A stretch of 64,000 nucleotides of DNA from Planctomycetota bacterium. Lineage in GTDB: Bacteria; Planctomycetota; Planctomycetia; Planctomycetales; Planctomycetaceae. The stretch is from contig CAUZFZ010000022.1 in assembly GCA_963579025.1 (NCBI GenBank), positions 15,459-79,458 of the forward strand, read 5' to 3'. The notes beneath the pieces were generated by a model. The model was not told the origin of the DNA and searched no databases. It worked only from the letters and a program-made list of their open reading frames with translations. The position numbers and the translations under genes are program-made. This document shows, in pieces, positions 26,037 to 34,266 of this stretch; position 1 is the first letter of the stretch, and every line of letters begins with the position of its first letter.

Positions 26037-28694
26037 CTAAGCAGAAGGCGGGTCCGATTCGAAGTCGTAGAGGGCATTGATTTCCTCAGGAGATAACGCA
26101 CGGTTGTAGATGCGGACGTCGTCGATCTGTCCGTCCCAAGGTCCGTACCCGGCCCCGCCCCAGATTCCTGATGTTAAGTCGACGTTTGCGTTCGTAAAGA
26201 CTGGTGGGGCGTTTTCACGCACGCCGACGTGCTTGCCATCGACGTATAAAATAATTCGCCGGGCACCAGGATCGCTGATTAGCATAGCATTGTGCCAGCT
26301 GCCATCTCGCACGTTCACACGAGACGCCAATATGCTTGCAGCGAGTCCGTCCCCATGCCCGACAACAGCCACTAACGTTCCTCCCTGAATGTCCAGAAAC
26401 GATCCTCCTTGATCTTTCTCATTAGTGTCTGTGACGAGGAACATGTAATTCAAGTGTCTTAGTTGGCCCCCTTCTCCTTTCGCCAGAATGGTACGGTAAA
26501 TGTTTGTCGGGTGATCGGACCCGCCTCTAAACCAAACGCTAATCGTGAACTCCTGAAGAGCTAAGCGGGGCGAATGGCCAAAGGTGATATACCCGCCTTT
26601 GCTACCGAAGTCGAACGCACTATTGATCGCCCCAAAACGATTAACGGTAGCCCTAAGTCCGCCAACAATAATCACACCGTCTTTCCCGCCCTCGCTCTCG
26701 TCTTTTGCATTCCCGTTGAGTGGGTAGTACGCGACGAGTCCATTATTAAAGTCGAAACTGCCTGTTGTTGATGGATCAGTAGTGGGTATGTCGCCTGCCG
26801 CTGTGGTGCTGTTCGATCCTGGGACTGTCGGTGTGGGATCGGAACTGGTCCAGACTGCGATTACGATCATTGCCGTCACCAGCAAGCCGGCTGCCCTCTG
26901 AACGCGTGGAGCCGAGAGCACTCCACGCCAGTCTGTGTTTCGGCGATGTCGGGAAAGCTGGCGAATGGGAACCGAAATCGTATACGGCTGCGAGTTCTGC
27001 TGAGAGCCGAACACGTCTGCGTATGCATCCCCATCCGTCGAAGCAGCGTCATTCGGCACCGGCTGTGCGGGTGCTCGGGAGGTTTGCCGTTTCTTTGTCA
27101 GTCTTGCCAGCAGCCGACTGGCGGCGGTGTTGTTCGGTTTCAGTTCCAGATAACGCGTCACCCGTTCTTCCAAGCCATCGTACTCTCGGGCCTCAATCGC
27201 CTGTTGAATCTCCTCAGTAAGGGCCTGGGCTTCTGCCGAACGGGCGGACACGTCGGCAATCAGCTGCCGTGTCTCATCGGAACGCAATGGTGTGGGGACC
27301 AGGTCCAGGTGTTTCTGTGCTGCTTTGAATCGGCCCTGATCCAGTTGTTCCCGAGCAGCAGCCTGCAGCTCTGCCTGCTGCTGTGACAACGTATCCAGTT
27401 CTCGGGACAACGTCTGTTGTATTTCTCTGGCCCATTCACAATGAGCAGTCAGTGCCGGATGCCGGGCATCAACCAGCGGCTGCAGGCGATTTAGTACGTC
27501 TGCATGTCGGTAGGACGCCCGAAGAGACTGTACCTCGTCACGTAGTTCTTGAGCCGCTGCCTGTCTCGATTCCACCTCCGTGCGAAGATCAACGCCACAT
27601 GAACCGCAATAGCGTTCCCAAATGGGGATGTTGCATCCGCACTTCGGGCAGGAACAGATCAAAGACGTACCGCAGCCCTTGCAGAACTGGCGGGACGAAT
27701 CATTTAACACATCACAGTCAGCACATTGGCCCTCGTTCAGCTCTAGCGGGTTGGCAACTGCAGATGTCCTCTGTGAAACTGTCGACCGCAACTGCTGACG
27801 GTATTCAAGCATCGTCTCAAAACGGTCAGCCGGATTCGTCTTCAAGGCTCTTAGAATTGTGTCACGCACAGCCATCGGGATCAGCTCGGTGTCGATGACT
27901 CGCGGAAGTTCACCGCTCACCAGCTGGTAGAACGTAGCCGCCAGGCTCCATTGATCGCTGCGGTGATCGGTCTGCCTGGCATTGTGACGCTGTTCTGGAG
28001 GCATGAAGTCCAGTGTGCCAAGTATCGAACCCGCCATCGTTTGGCCGGCGTTGCCTGCGTTCTGGCGAGCCAGACCGAAGTCCGTCAACTTCGGTTCACC
28101 TCGACTTGTGAGCAGAATATTGGCCGGTTTGACGTCACGGTGGATGATTCCCGCTGAGTGAGCCATCCCGAGGCCGTCACACAGCTGACAGGTCAGTTCC
28201 ACCGCTTCTTCCAAGGGCAACGCCCCGTCACGGCAGCGGTCCAGCAAACTGCCACCGTCCACGTATTCCATGATCAGAAACGGACCATCCTTGTCTCGAC
28301 CGTAGTCGTAAATCTGGACGATGTTGAAATGGTTCAAGGCCGCAATCGACTGAGCTTCCGTCAGAAATCGCCGGACCGCCTTCTGGCTCTTCACCGCATC
28401 ACCCAGCATACGCTTGATGGCGACTTTGCGATTCAGACGCGTATCGGTCGCCAGCAGCACTTCACCCATTCCGCCTCTGCCCAGAGTCTCCTCAACCGTG
28501 TACCGGGAGAGATCGACGACATCCATCTCCAGATCAGTATCACCAGTCAGCCCTCCAATCTCGGACCACGGAGATTCGTCATCGCCGCCGAACGTCGACT
28601 GATCACCCAGACTGCGCGGCGAGGAATCCGCAGGCTGTGCTGCACCGCCTTCGTACGTAGGCTGCTCGCCCAGGCTCTGGTGGTTGTCGGGCAT
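26037..28694 (-). CDS. Ser/Thr protein kinase with tandem zinc ribbons, coiled coil, a TM helix and an extracytoplasmic LamG / ConA-like lectin domain
   Basis: Kinase motifs GRGGMGEV, VAIKRM, HRDVKPANILL, DFGLAR, PEQ. Zinc ribbons CADCDVLNDSSRQFCKGCGTSLICSCPKCGCNIPIWERYCGSCG. TM GLLVTAMIVIAVW. LamG-like C-terminus (GYITFGHSPRLALQEFTISVWF ... DDVRIYNRALSPEEI). Confidence 0.85.
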   Translation of the reverse strand: MPDNHQSLGEQPTYEGGAAQPADSSPRSLGDQSTFGGDDESPWSEIGGLTGDTDLEMDVVDLSRYTVEETLGRGGMGEVLLATDTRLNRKVAIKRMLGDAVKSQKAVRRFLTEAQSIAALNHFNIVQIYDYGRDKDGPFLIMEYVDGGSLLDRCRDGALPLEEAVELTCQLCDGLGMAHSAGIIHRDVKPANILLTSRGEPKLTDFGLARQNAGNAGQTMAGSILGTLDFMPPEQRHNARQTDHRSDQWSLAATFYQLVSGELPRVIDTELIPMAVRDTILRALKTNPADRFETMLEYRQQLRSTVSQRTSAVANPLELNEGQCADCDVLNDSSRQFCKGCGTSLICSCPKCGCNIPIWERYCGSCGVDLRTEVESRQAAAQELRDEVQSLRASYRHADVLNRLQPLVDARHPALTAHCEWAREIQQTLSRELDTLSQQQAELQAAAREQLDQGRFKAAQKHLDLVPTPLRSDETRQLIADVSARSAEAQALTEEIQQAIEAREYDGLEERVTRYLELKPNNTAASRLLARLTKKRQTSRAPAQPVPNDAASTDGDAYADVFGSQQNSQPYTISVPIRQLSRHRRNTDWRGVLSAPRVQRAAGLLVTAMIVIAVWTSSDPTPTVPGSNSTTAAGDIPTTDPSTTGSFDFNNGLVAYYPLNGNAKDESEGGKDGVIIVGGLRATVNRFGAINSAFDFGSKGGYITFGHSPRLALQEFTISVWFRGGSDHPTNIYRTILAKGEGGQLRHLNYMFLVTDTNEKDQGGSFLDIQGGTLVAVVGHGDGLAASILASRVNVRDGSWHNAMLISDPGARRIILYVDGKHVGVRENAPPVFTNANVDLTSGIWGGAGYGPWDGQIDDVRIYNRALSPEEINALYDFESDPPSA

Positions 28695-28878
28695 GGCTGT
28701 GAATTCCGGGAGTAACTGTACCGGTGATTCAGAATAACGTCGGTCTCAACACACAGTCTTTGCGCTGACTGATCAAAGGTCATGATACCAAGCGCTGCTC
28801 CTGGAACGTCATGTTGCCACTGACTCGGCGTTACTGGCTCGGGCGTCTCAGCGAGGCGGTCAAGCGACAGACGCTGTT

Positions 28879-30831
28879 TCAAAGGCCAATCTGGGTACAG
28901 GGCTGCAATGTCAATTGAGTCTCGCCAATGGTGATTGATGAGCCGACTCGTAGTTCCACCAGTTCGTGCGGCGAGACCTCGTGACCATCGACGCGAACGC
29001 TCTCGCCCGACGTCGTCCGCTCAAGCCAGAACGACTCGGCCGCGTGGATCAGCCTTGCGTGAGTTCCCTTTCGCGTTGTCGGTAGACAGATGGCATGACT
29101 GCCGGACGAACGACCAATCCACGCCTGGCGGAATACGGCGACGTACTCTTCCTGGTCCCTGAGCCCATCGCGACGTTTCATTCGCAGGCCGTCGATGCCG
29201 GCCGCTGCCGCGGACAGCCACTGACGAGGGATCGGTTCACACAGCGCATCGGCCAGCAGCGATTCCCAGCCGGGCGATTGCTCGACACCGCGTGGCTGCG
29301 TGTGGCGGCCGAACACTCGCGTCTCCAGCACGTACGGCACATCGACATCAAGCGAAATTCCCAGTTCCATGTCGAACGCCTCATCACACCGGCACGGGTC
29401 AAGCAGGATTTCGTCAGTGACCGGGTCCATGCCCACGCTGATTCCCGTCGTCGATTTGTCCGTAACCAGCAATCCGCGATCCGTGAGCGACATGGTGGCG
29501 TGAGTGCGTGACAGTTTCCGCGAGTTGGCGTCGTTCGCGTCGGAACGCGGCAGGAAACGAGTCACAATGTCGTTTTCGCGGTTTCTGCCCAGTCGAAAGT
29601 GGCGCCGAGCCAGCAGGACGATCTGTCGACCGTCAGAACAGACCAGTGTGACTGCGTCTGTTGGACTGTGGTGAGCCTGCGTGCGCAGCCGTGGCATCAG
29701 TTGTTCGCGTTCGGTATCGACTTCGAGTGAATACTCGTGAGTGACTTCTTCCGTCGGCGTGTCCTGCGTTTCCAGTCCCGTCTGGATATTGATGATGCCG
29801 GCTTCGTCGCCCTTCAGTATGACGCGGCCAAACCGCTGCAGGTCCTGACCGTTGAGATTCACCACGGACTGGCCGTCGCCGGAGATCTCGAGTGTCGGCT
29901 CTCCCTCAGATTTGCGAATCGACAACCGAATGACGGTTCGGAAACAGCGTGGCAGTTTCGCGTCGGGTGACTTCGGAAACGTGACGGACAGCTCCAGCAG
30001 ATACTGTCCCGGACGACAGTCCTGATGATTGGTCGTGAGTGCAAACGGGACGTGAAATCCCCATAGCCCATCGCCCTCACTGCGGGCCGCATCGGGAAGC
30101 TGAGCCGGATCGTGATCCAGAGCCGAGTCAATCTCCACGTTGATTCGCGGCTGCAGATAACGGCCAGACGCGGCGATCAGAAAGTGCGGTCGCACCACAT
30201 GCCCGATCTCCGGCTGACTGCCCCAGTGAACGAGCAGTCGCGGTGGTTGAGCAGATTCCTGCTGCTGCGCGGCACTGGCGAAAACGTGGGAGAAGTCTCG
30301 GTCGAGCCGGTCGAGTGACGATGAATCAGGGGGCGGCGGTTCGGTAGTTGATTCCGCCTGACGATCCGGAGCGATCTGCGGAAGCGAGGGCGGCAGTGTG
30401 TCGTGAACGGGATCGGGCGGCAGTTCAAGGCGCGCTCGCGCCGATTCTTCAAGAAGACCCGACGGTGAGGAGCTGTTATTCAGGAGCAGGTCCACAATAG
30501 GCCCCGCAACGTCGGGCGGAACTCCGGCGGCCTGCAACAGACGCTCAATCTGTTCAGGCGTTTCACGACCGGACAGGTGTTCCTGGATCTCGGCGCCGAG
30601 GGCCAGAATACGATCATGGCACGGCAGGGTGTCTCGCACTTTCTCTGCCAGCGCTGCAGCGTACTCATCGTCAACGGCCGCTGCCGTCAGCATTTTGACT
30701 GCCCGCTCTGCCACTTCGGAGGGCATTCCGGCTGCGCCGACCAGTCGCCGGACCTCGTCGTCCGTCTCAGTTCCGGTCAGGTGTTTCCGGATCTCGCCGC
30801 AAAGGAGTTTCAGGTCCATCGAGTCGGTCAT
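28879..30831 (-). CDS. FHA-domain protein (two FHA-like modules) with N-terminal helical repeats
   Basis: Track ORF 28879..30867, with an alternative start Met13 at 30831. The FHA core is RHFRLGRNRENDIVTRF...SRTHATMSLTDRGLLVTDKSTTGISV. A second degenerate FHA is at the C-terminus (VRVDGHEV...ITIGETQLTL). The N-terminus has duplicated ~45-aa helical segments (HLTGTETDDEVRRLVGAAGMP / HLSGRETPEQIERLLQAAGVP). Confidence 0.75.
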   Translation of the reverse strand: MTDSMDLKLLCGEIRKHLTGTETDDEVRRLVGAAGMPSEVAERAVKMLTAAAVDDEYAAALAEKVRDTLPCHDRILALGAEIQEHLSGRETPEQIERLLQAAGVPPDVAGPIVDLLLNNSSSPSGLLEESARARLELPPDPVHDTLPPSLPQIAPDRQAESTTEPPPPDSSSLDRLDRDFSHVFASAAQQQESAQPPRLLVHWGSQPEIGHVVRPHFLIAASGRYLQPRINVEIDSALDHDPAQLPDAARSEGDGLWGFHVPFALTTNHQDCRPGQYLLELSVTFPKSPDAKLPRCFRTVIRLSIRKSEGEPTLEISGDGQSVVNLNGQDLQRFGRVILKGDEAGIINIQTGLETQDTPTEEVTHEYSLEVDTEREQLMPRLRTQAHHSPTDAVTLVCSDGRQIVLLARRHFRLGRNRENDIVTRFLPRSDANDANSRKLSRTHATMSLTDRGLLVTDKSTTGISVGMDPVTDEILLDPCRCDEAFDMELGISLDVDVPYVLETRVFGRHTQPRGVEQSPGWESLLADALCEPIPRQWLSAAAAGIDGLRMKRRDGLRDQEEYVAVFRQAWIGRSSGSHAICLPTTRKGTHARLIHAAESFWLERTTSGESVRVDGHEVSPHELVELRVGSSITIGETQLTLQPCTQIGL

Positions 30832-30949
30832 CCGGTTTCGAACAGAAGCCACAGCGGAAACAAACAACAGATGACTCCGGATTGTCTTGCACCCGTCGCG
30901 TGCTTCACTTCAGGAATTCATCGCGCCATCCCAATCGTTCACAATCGTC

Positions 30950-33052
30950 TTACAGCGGTGGTGGTGTCGTCGGAACGCTGAACGAAGACGACCAGGCTGG
31001 AACCTGTCCGATCGGTTCCCAGCCGCTCATCCCGGCGCACCACGTCAGAGTTGCCGAATTCACCGAACCCGCCGCAATCTGCTGACGGACCTGGCTGGGG
31101 GTCAGAGGCCCGGCCTGCTGACCTCCAATCGCCACGTGCCAGGTCGGTGCTTCTGTCAGCGGCGGTGGAGAACCAGTTCTTGCGGCGTCTGCCGCGACGG
31201 AACTCGCACCCGGCACGGCAACCACGCCCCCCAATCCGCCGAGTCCACCCGCAACAACCGTCGCCTTCTTCGCGGCACTGACGTCTGATGCCAGTTCCTT
31301 TTGCGACTGCATGGCCCGCTGATACGCGTCCGCCTTTGCACGTTCGGTGTCGTTAAGTTTGTCGTACAGACGCAAACGTTCTTCATTCAGCGCTTCCGCT
31401 GTTTCCAGCTTCGACTTCGTGAGGTGCTCCTGCTTCTTGAGGTCTGCCAACAGCGCGGCGTTGCCTTCATTGGCCGTTGCGATCATGGCTTCCGCACTCA
31501 GGCTGCCCATCGCCTGGATGCGTTCGAGTTCCCGCGCGTGCGAGCGATCGTCCTTAAGCAACTCCAGATCAAGTTCGTTCTGTTTGCGACGGTGGTCGAA
31601 GTCCAGATTCATGTCTTGAACACGCCGCATGCGATCGATCTGACTGTCGGACTTCTGATTGGCGTGTTCGAGTTCCCATTCCTTGCGGCGTTTCGTCAGT
31701 TCAAGGTTCTGTTCTTCCAGATGCGCCTTGAGCTCGATCTCCAGCATCGCGACGCGGTTCTTGCGTTCGCGACGTGAGATGCGAATCTCGTCGGCGATCG
31801 CGTCCAGACGCTGAGTCTGCAACGCCTGTTCGGTTTGTTCTTCGCGGCGATTGACACCGTCGCGACGCAGTTCATCCCATTTGAAGTCACGAGCCTTACG
31901 CCGTTCGTCCCGAGCGGACTGCAGCCGGTCGCGTTCCAGTTGAAGTTTCTGCTGCCAGTCCTGATTGCGTTTGGAATGCGTCAGTTGTGACAGCTCGATC
32001 TCGTGTTCAATGGCACGCGCCGCCACTGCGTGATCCAGATCAACGCGGGCGTTTTCGAGTTCCAGCCGCTGCTCGAGCTGCAACAGCTTTAACCCGTGCT
32101 GACGCGCGATGCCGCGATCCTGCTTGTTGGTCTCATAATCAAAAACCAGTTGATCGCGTTCTTCTCGCCTGAGGAGTTTCTGGCGATCGATGTCGAGCAC
32201 GAACTGCCGCATCTCCTCTTCGCTGTTGACGCCATCCATCTTCCCGGCGTTGAGAGCCGACATCAGCTCACGCCGCACGGAATTCCGCTGCAGCCGCTTG
32301 TCGACTTCATCGCGGGCCAGTTCCGACTCTGTTTCCAGACGCAGAATCTGCAACCGCTTCTCTTCATCTTCGATCCAGCGATCACCGGAACGTTCTGCCA
32401 GAGCGTCGTGGTCCTCGTGTTCGATGTGCACCATCTGCACTTCGACGAACCGCAGTCCGTAGCGTTTGAGCGACGAGCACACTGCGTCTGTGACCGTGTC
32501 CGACATCTGCTGCTGGACGCCGGGGGTCATCAGGTCCTTGATCGAAACGCTGCGGATCGCACCCCACAACGCCTGCCGCACCAGAGGCGAAACGAGTTCG
32601 CTCACCGACCTGTGTGTGGAATTCTCGACGTGCTTGATCAGCAGTCGTTCCTGCGCTCCCAGTAGATTCTCCAGGAACGCCGCGATGTCTTCGATCTGTA
32701 CCGTCAGACGCACTTTGGCATCGACCGTCAGGAATTCCGCCGTGGGGACCTTCAACGCGAGCTGTAATGCAACGTCTTCCTGCCGAGCCAGTACGACGGT
32801 GACTTGTCGCTCACGCCAGAACTGCAGCCGTTCCAGAAACGTCTCCAGCACATAACTGCCAGGTGACACCTCACCCACCAGGCAACCCTCATCAACGACC
32901 AGTGCCCGTGTGCCGGCTTCAATCACGAGCGAACGCTGCTTCGGCAGTTCCAAAGGCCCGAACCGAAACACACCCTTCAGATCCGGGATCACAAGGCGCG
33001 TCGCGAAGTCATTGCTGTCCACTGACCAGCGCAGGTTTTCGATTTCAGCCAT
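30950..33052 (-). CDS. SPFH / band-7-like domain protein with a long coiled coil and a C-terminal GYF-like (DUF4339-type) domain
   Basis: The N-terminal ~230 aa have SPFH-like composition. Then ~350 aa of charged heptad repeats (ERDQLVFDYETNKQDRGIARQHGLKLLQLEQRLELENARV...). Then a Gly/Ala-rich linker and WHVAIGGQQAGPLTPSQVRQQIAAGSVNSATLTWCAGMSGWEPIGQVP. Confidence 0.6.
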   Translation of the reverse strand: MAEIENLRWSVDSNDFATRLVIPDLKGVFRFGPLELPKQRSLVIEAGTRALVVDEGCLVGEVSPGSYVLETFLERLQFWRERQVTVVLARQEDVALQLALKVPTAEFLTVDAKVRLTVQIEDIAAFLENLLGAQERLLIKHVENSTHRSVSELVSPLVRQALWGAIRSVSIKDLMTPGVQQQMSDTVTDAVCSSLKRYGLRFVEVQMVHIEHEDHDALAERSGDRWIEDEEKRLQILRLETESELARDEVDKRLQRNSVRRELMSALNAGKMDGVNSEEEMRQFVLDIDRQKLLRREERDQLVFDYETNKQDRGIARQHGLKLLQLEQRLELENARVDLDHAVAARAIEHEIELSQLTHSKRNQDWQQKLQLERDRLQSARDERRKARDFKWDELRRDGVNRREEQTEQALQTQRLDAIADEIRISRRERKNRVAMLEIELKAHLEEQNLELTKRRKEWELEHANQKSDSQIDRMRRVQDMNLDFDHRRKQNELDLELLKDDRSHARELERIQAMGSLSAEAMIATANEGNAALLADLKKQEHLTKSKLETAEALNEERLRLYDKLNDTERAKADAYQRAMQSQKELASDVSAAKKATVVAGGLGGLGGVVAVPGASSVAADAARTGSPPPLTEAPTWHVAIGGQQAGPLTPSQVRQQIAAGSVNSATLTWCAGMSGWEPIGQVPAWSSSFSVPTTPPPL

Positions 33053-33208
33053 CCGTTATTCCTTGTGCCCGGTTGCCGAAGTTTCTGGCTTCGGAAGTTT
33101 CTCGTCCCGATGGTAGTCGCCCGTCACTTTGTCCCGCCATGATGTCGCCTGCCGTTCAGATTCGCCACAATGCGGTCGACAGTGGCGATGCCAACTCCCT
33201 GAAAGGAG

Positions 33209-34183
33209 TTGATCCCCTCAGAAATGGACTTGGCACGAGGTCACGCCTGCGATGTCGAGTACTGGCGGCGCAGCATCACGCATGATCCGCAACGTCGCTT
33301 TGTGATGGTTTCCGACAAGAACCGCTTCTACTTCCGGCCGCTGCGCAAAGTCCGGGACTCCGGCTGCGGCAACATCTCCGTCGTGGCGATCATCCACGCG
33401 GTGCATACAAAAGACGGATTCAACATTCGGACGAGCGGCACGAACATCAACTACGCGGACATCCTGAACGATCTCGCCGCGCAGGACGCCGTGGTCGTCG
33501 CGACGGACAGACAACGGCAGGACATTACTGACCGCTACGGGCCAGGCAATCTGCACGTCATCCCACATGCGTACCGCGAGAACACGTCGTCCGACGCGCC
33601 CGGGTTTCACGAGCGTGAACGCACCAGGGTCATCTACGTGGGACGCTACAGCGAGGAGAAGAACCATCCGGCGGCCGTTCGCGCGTTCGTACGCGTCGTC
33701 GCAGAAATCCCGGAGGCGACGCTGCACACGTACGGCAGTGGCAGCAGAAAGTCCGAGATCGAGGCGCTGGTGACGAGTCTGGGAATGGAACAAAACATTT
33801 TCGTCCATGATTACGCAACGGACGTGGCCTCGCTCTACCGCTCTGCCGGACTGTCACTGCTGACCAGCAAGGGGGAAGGGTATGCGCTGGTCATCATGGA
33901 GAGCCTGTGTCACGGCTGCCCGGTCGTCGCCTTTGACGTCAACTATGGCCCGGCGGACATGATCCGCCACGGAAAGACAGGAGCCTTGGTGCCGTTCAAT
34001 CATGAAGAGGCATTGGCCACCGCCCTGATCGACATCCTGAACGACACGCAGCGCCACGAGCAGATGTGTGACGACGCACTCGAGTCAGCATGTGAGTTCG
34101 GTGTTGACGTCGTCGCCGCAAAATGGAGACGCCTGCTTCACGAACTGTCTCACGCACCAGCGGCGCGGACCCCGATTCACTGA
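33209..34183 (+). CDS. Glycosyltransferase family 1 (GT4-type, GT-B fold)
   Basis: C-terminal domain VIYVGRYSEEKN ... TSKGEGYALVIMESLCHGCPVVAFDVNYGPADMI (EX7E-type). Short at 324 aa, so the start may be mis-placed. Confidence 0.7.
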   Translation: MIPSEMDLARGHACDVEYWRRSITHDPQRRFVMVSDKNRFYFRPLRKVRDSGCGNISVVAIIHAVHTKDGFNIRTSGTNINYADILNDLAAQDAVVVATDRQRQDITDRYGPGNLHVIPHAYRENTSSDAPGFHERERTRVIYVGRYSEEKNHPAAVRAFVRVVAEIPEATLHTYGSGSRKSEIEALVTSLGMEQNIFVHDYATDVASLYRSAGLSLLTSKGEGYALVIMESLCHGCPVVAFDVNYGPADMIRHGKTGALVPFNHEEALATALIDILNDTQRHEQMCDDALESACEFGVDVVAAKWRRLLHELSHAPAARTPIH

Positions 34184-34266
34184 CTGGGCCGAAAGGGTTG
34201 CCAGCAGCCAGGCGAACGGAGAATGGTTACCATTGCTCAATTGACCGACCACCTCCCGGGTGAGCC

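Noticed and set aside
33076-33102. CCGAAG-TTTCTGG-CTTCGG hairpin with an AAGTTTCT direct repeat in the GT1 / SPFH divergent region
   Set aside because: Short, and of unknown significance. A possible operator, but there is nothing to support a specific call.
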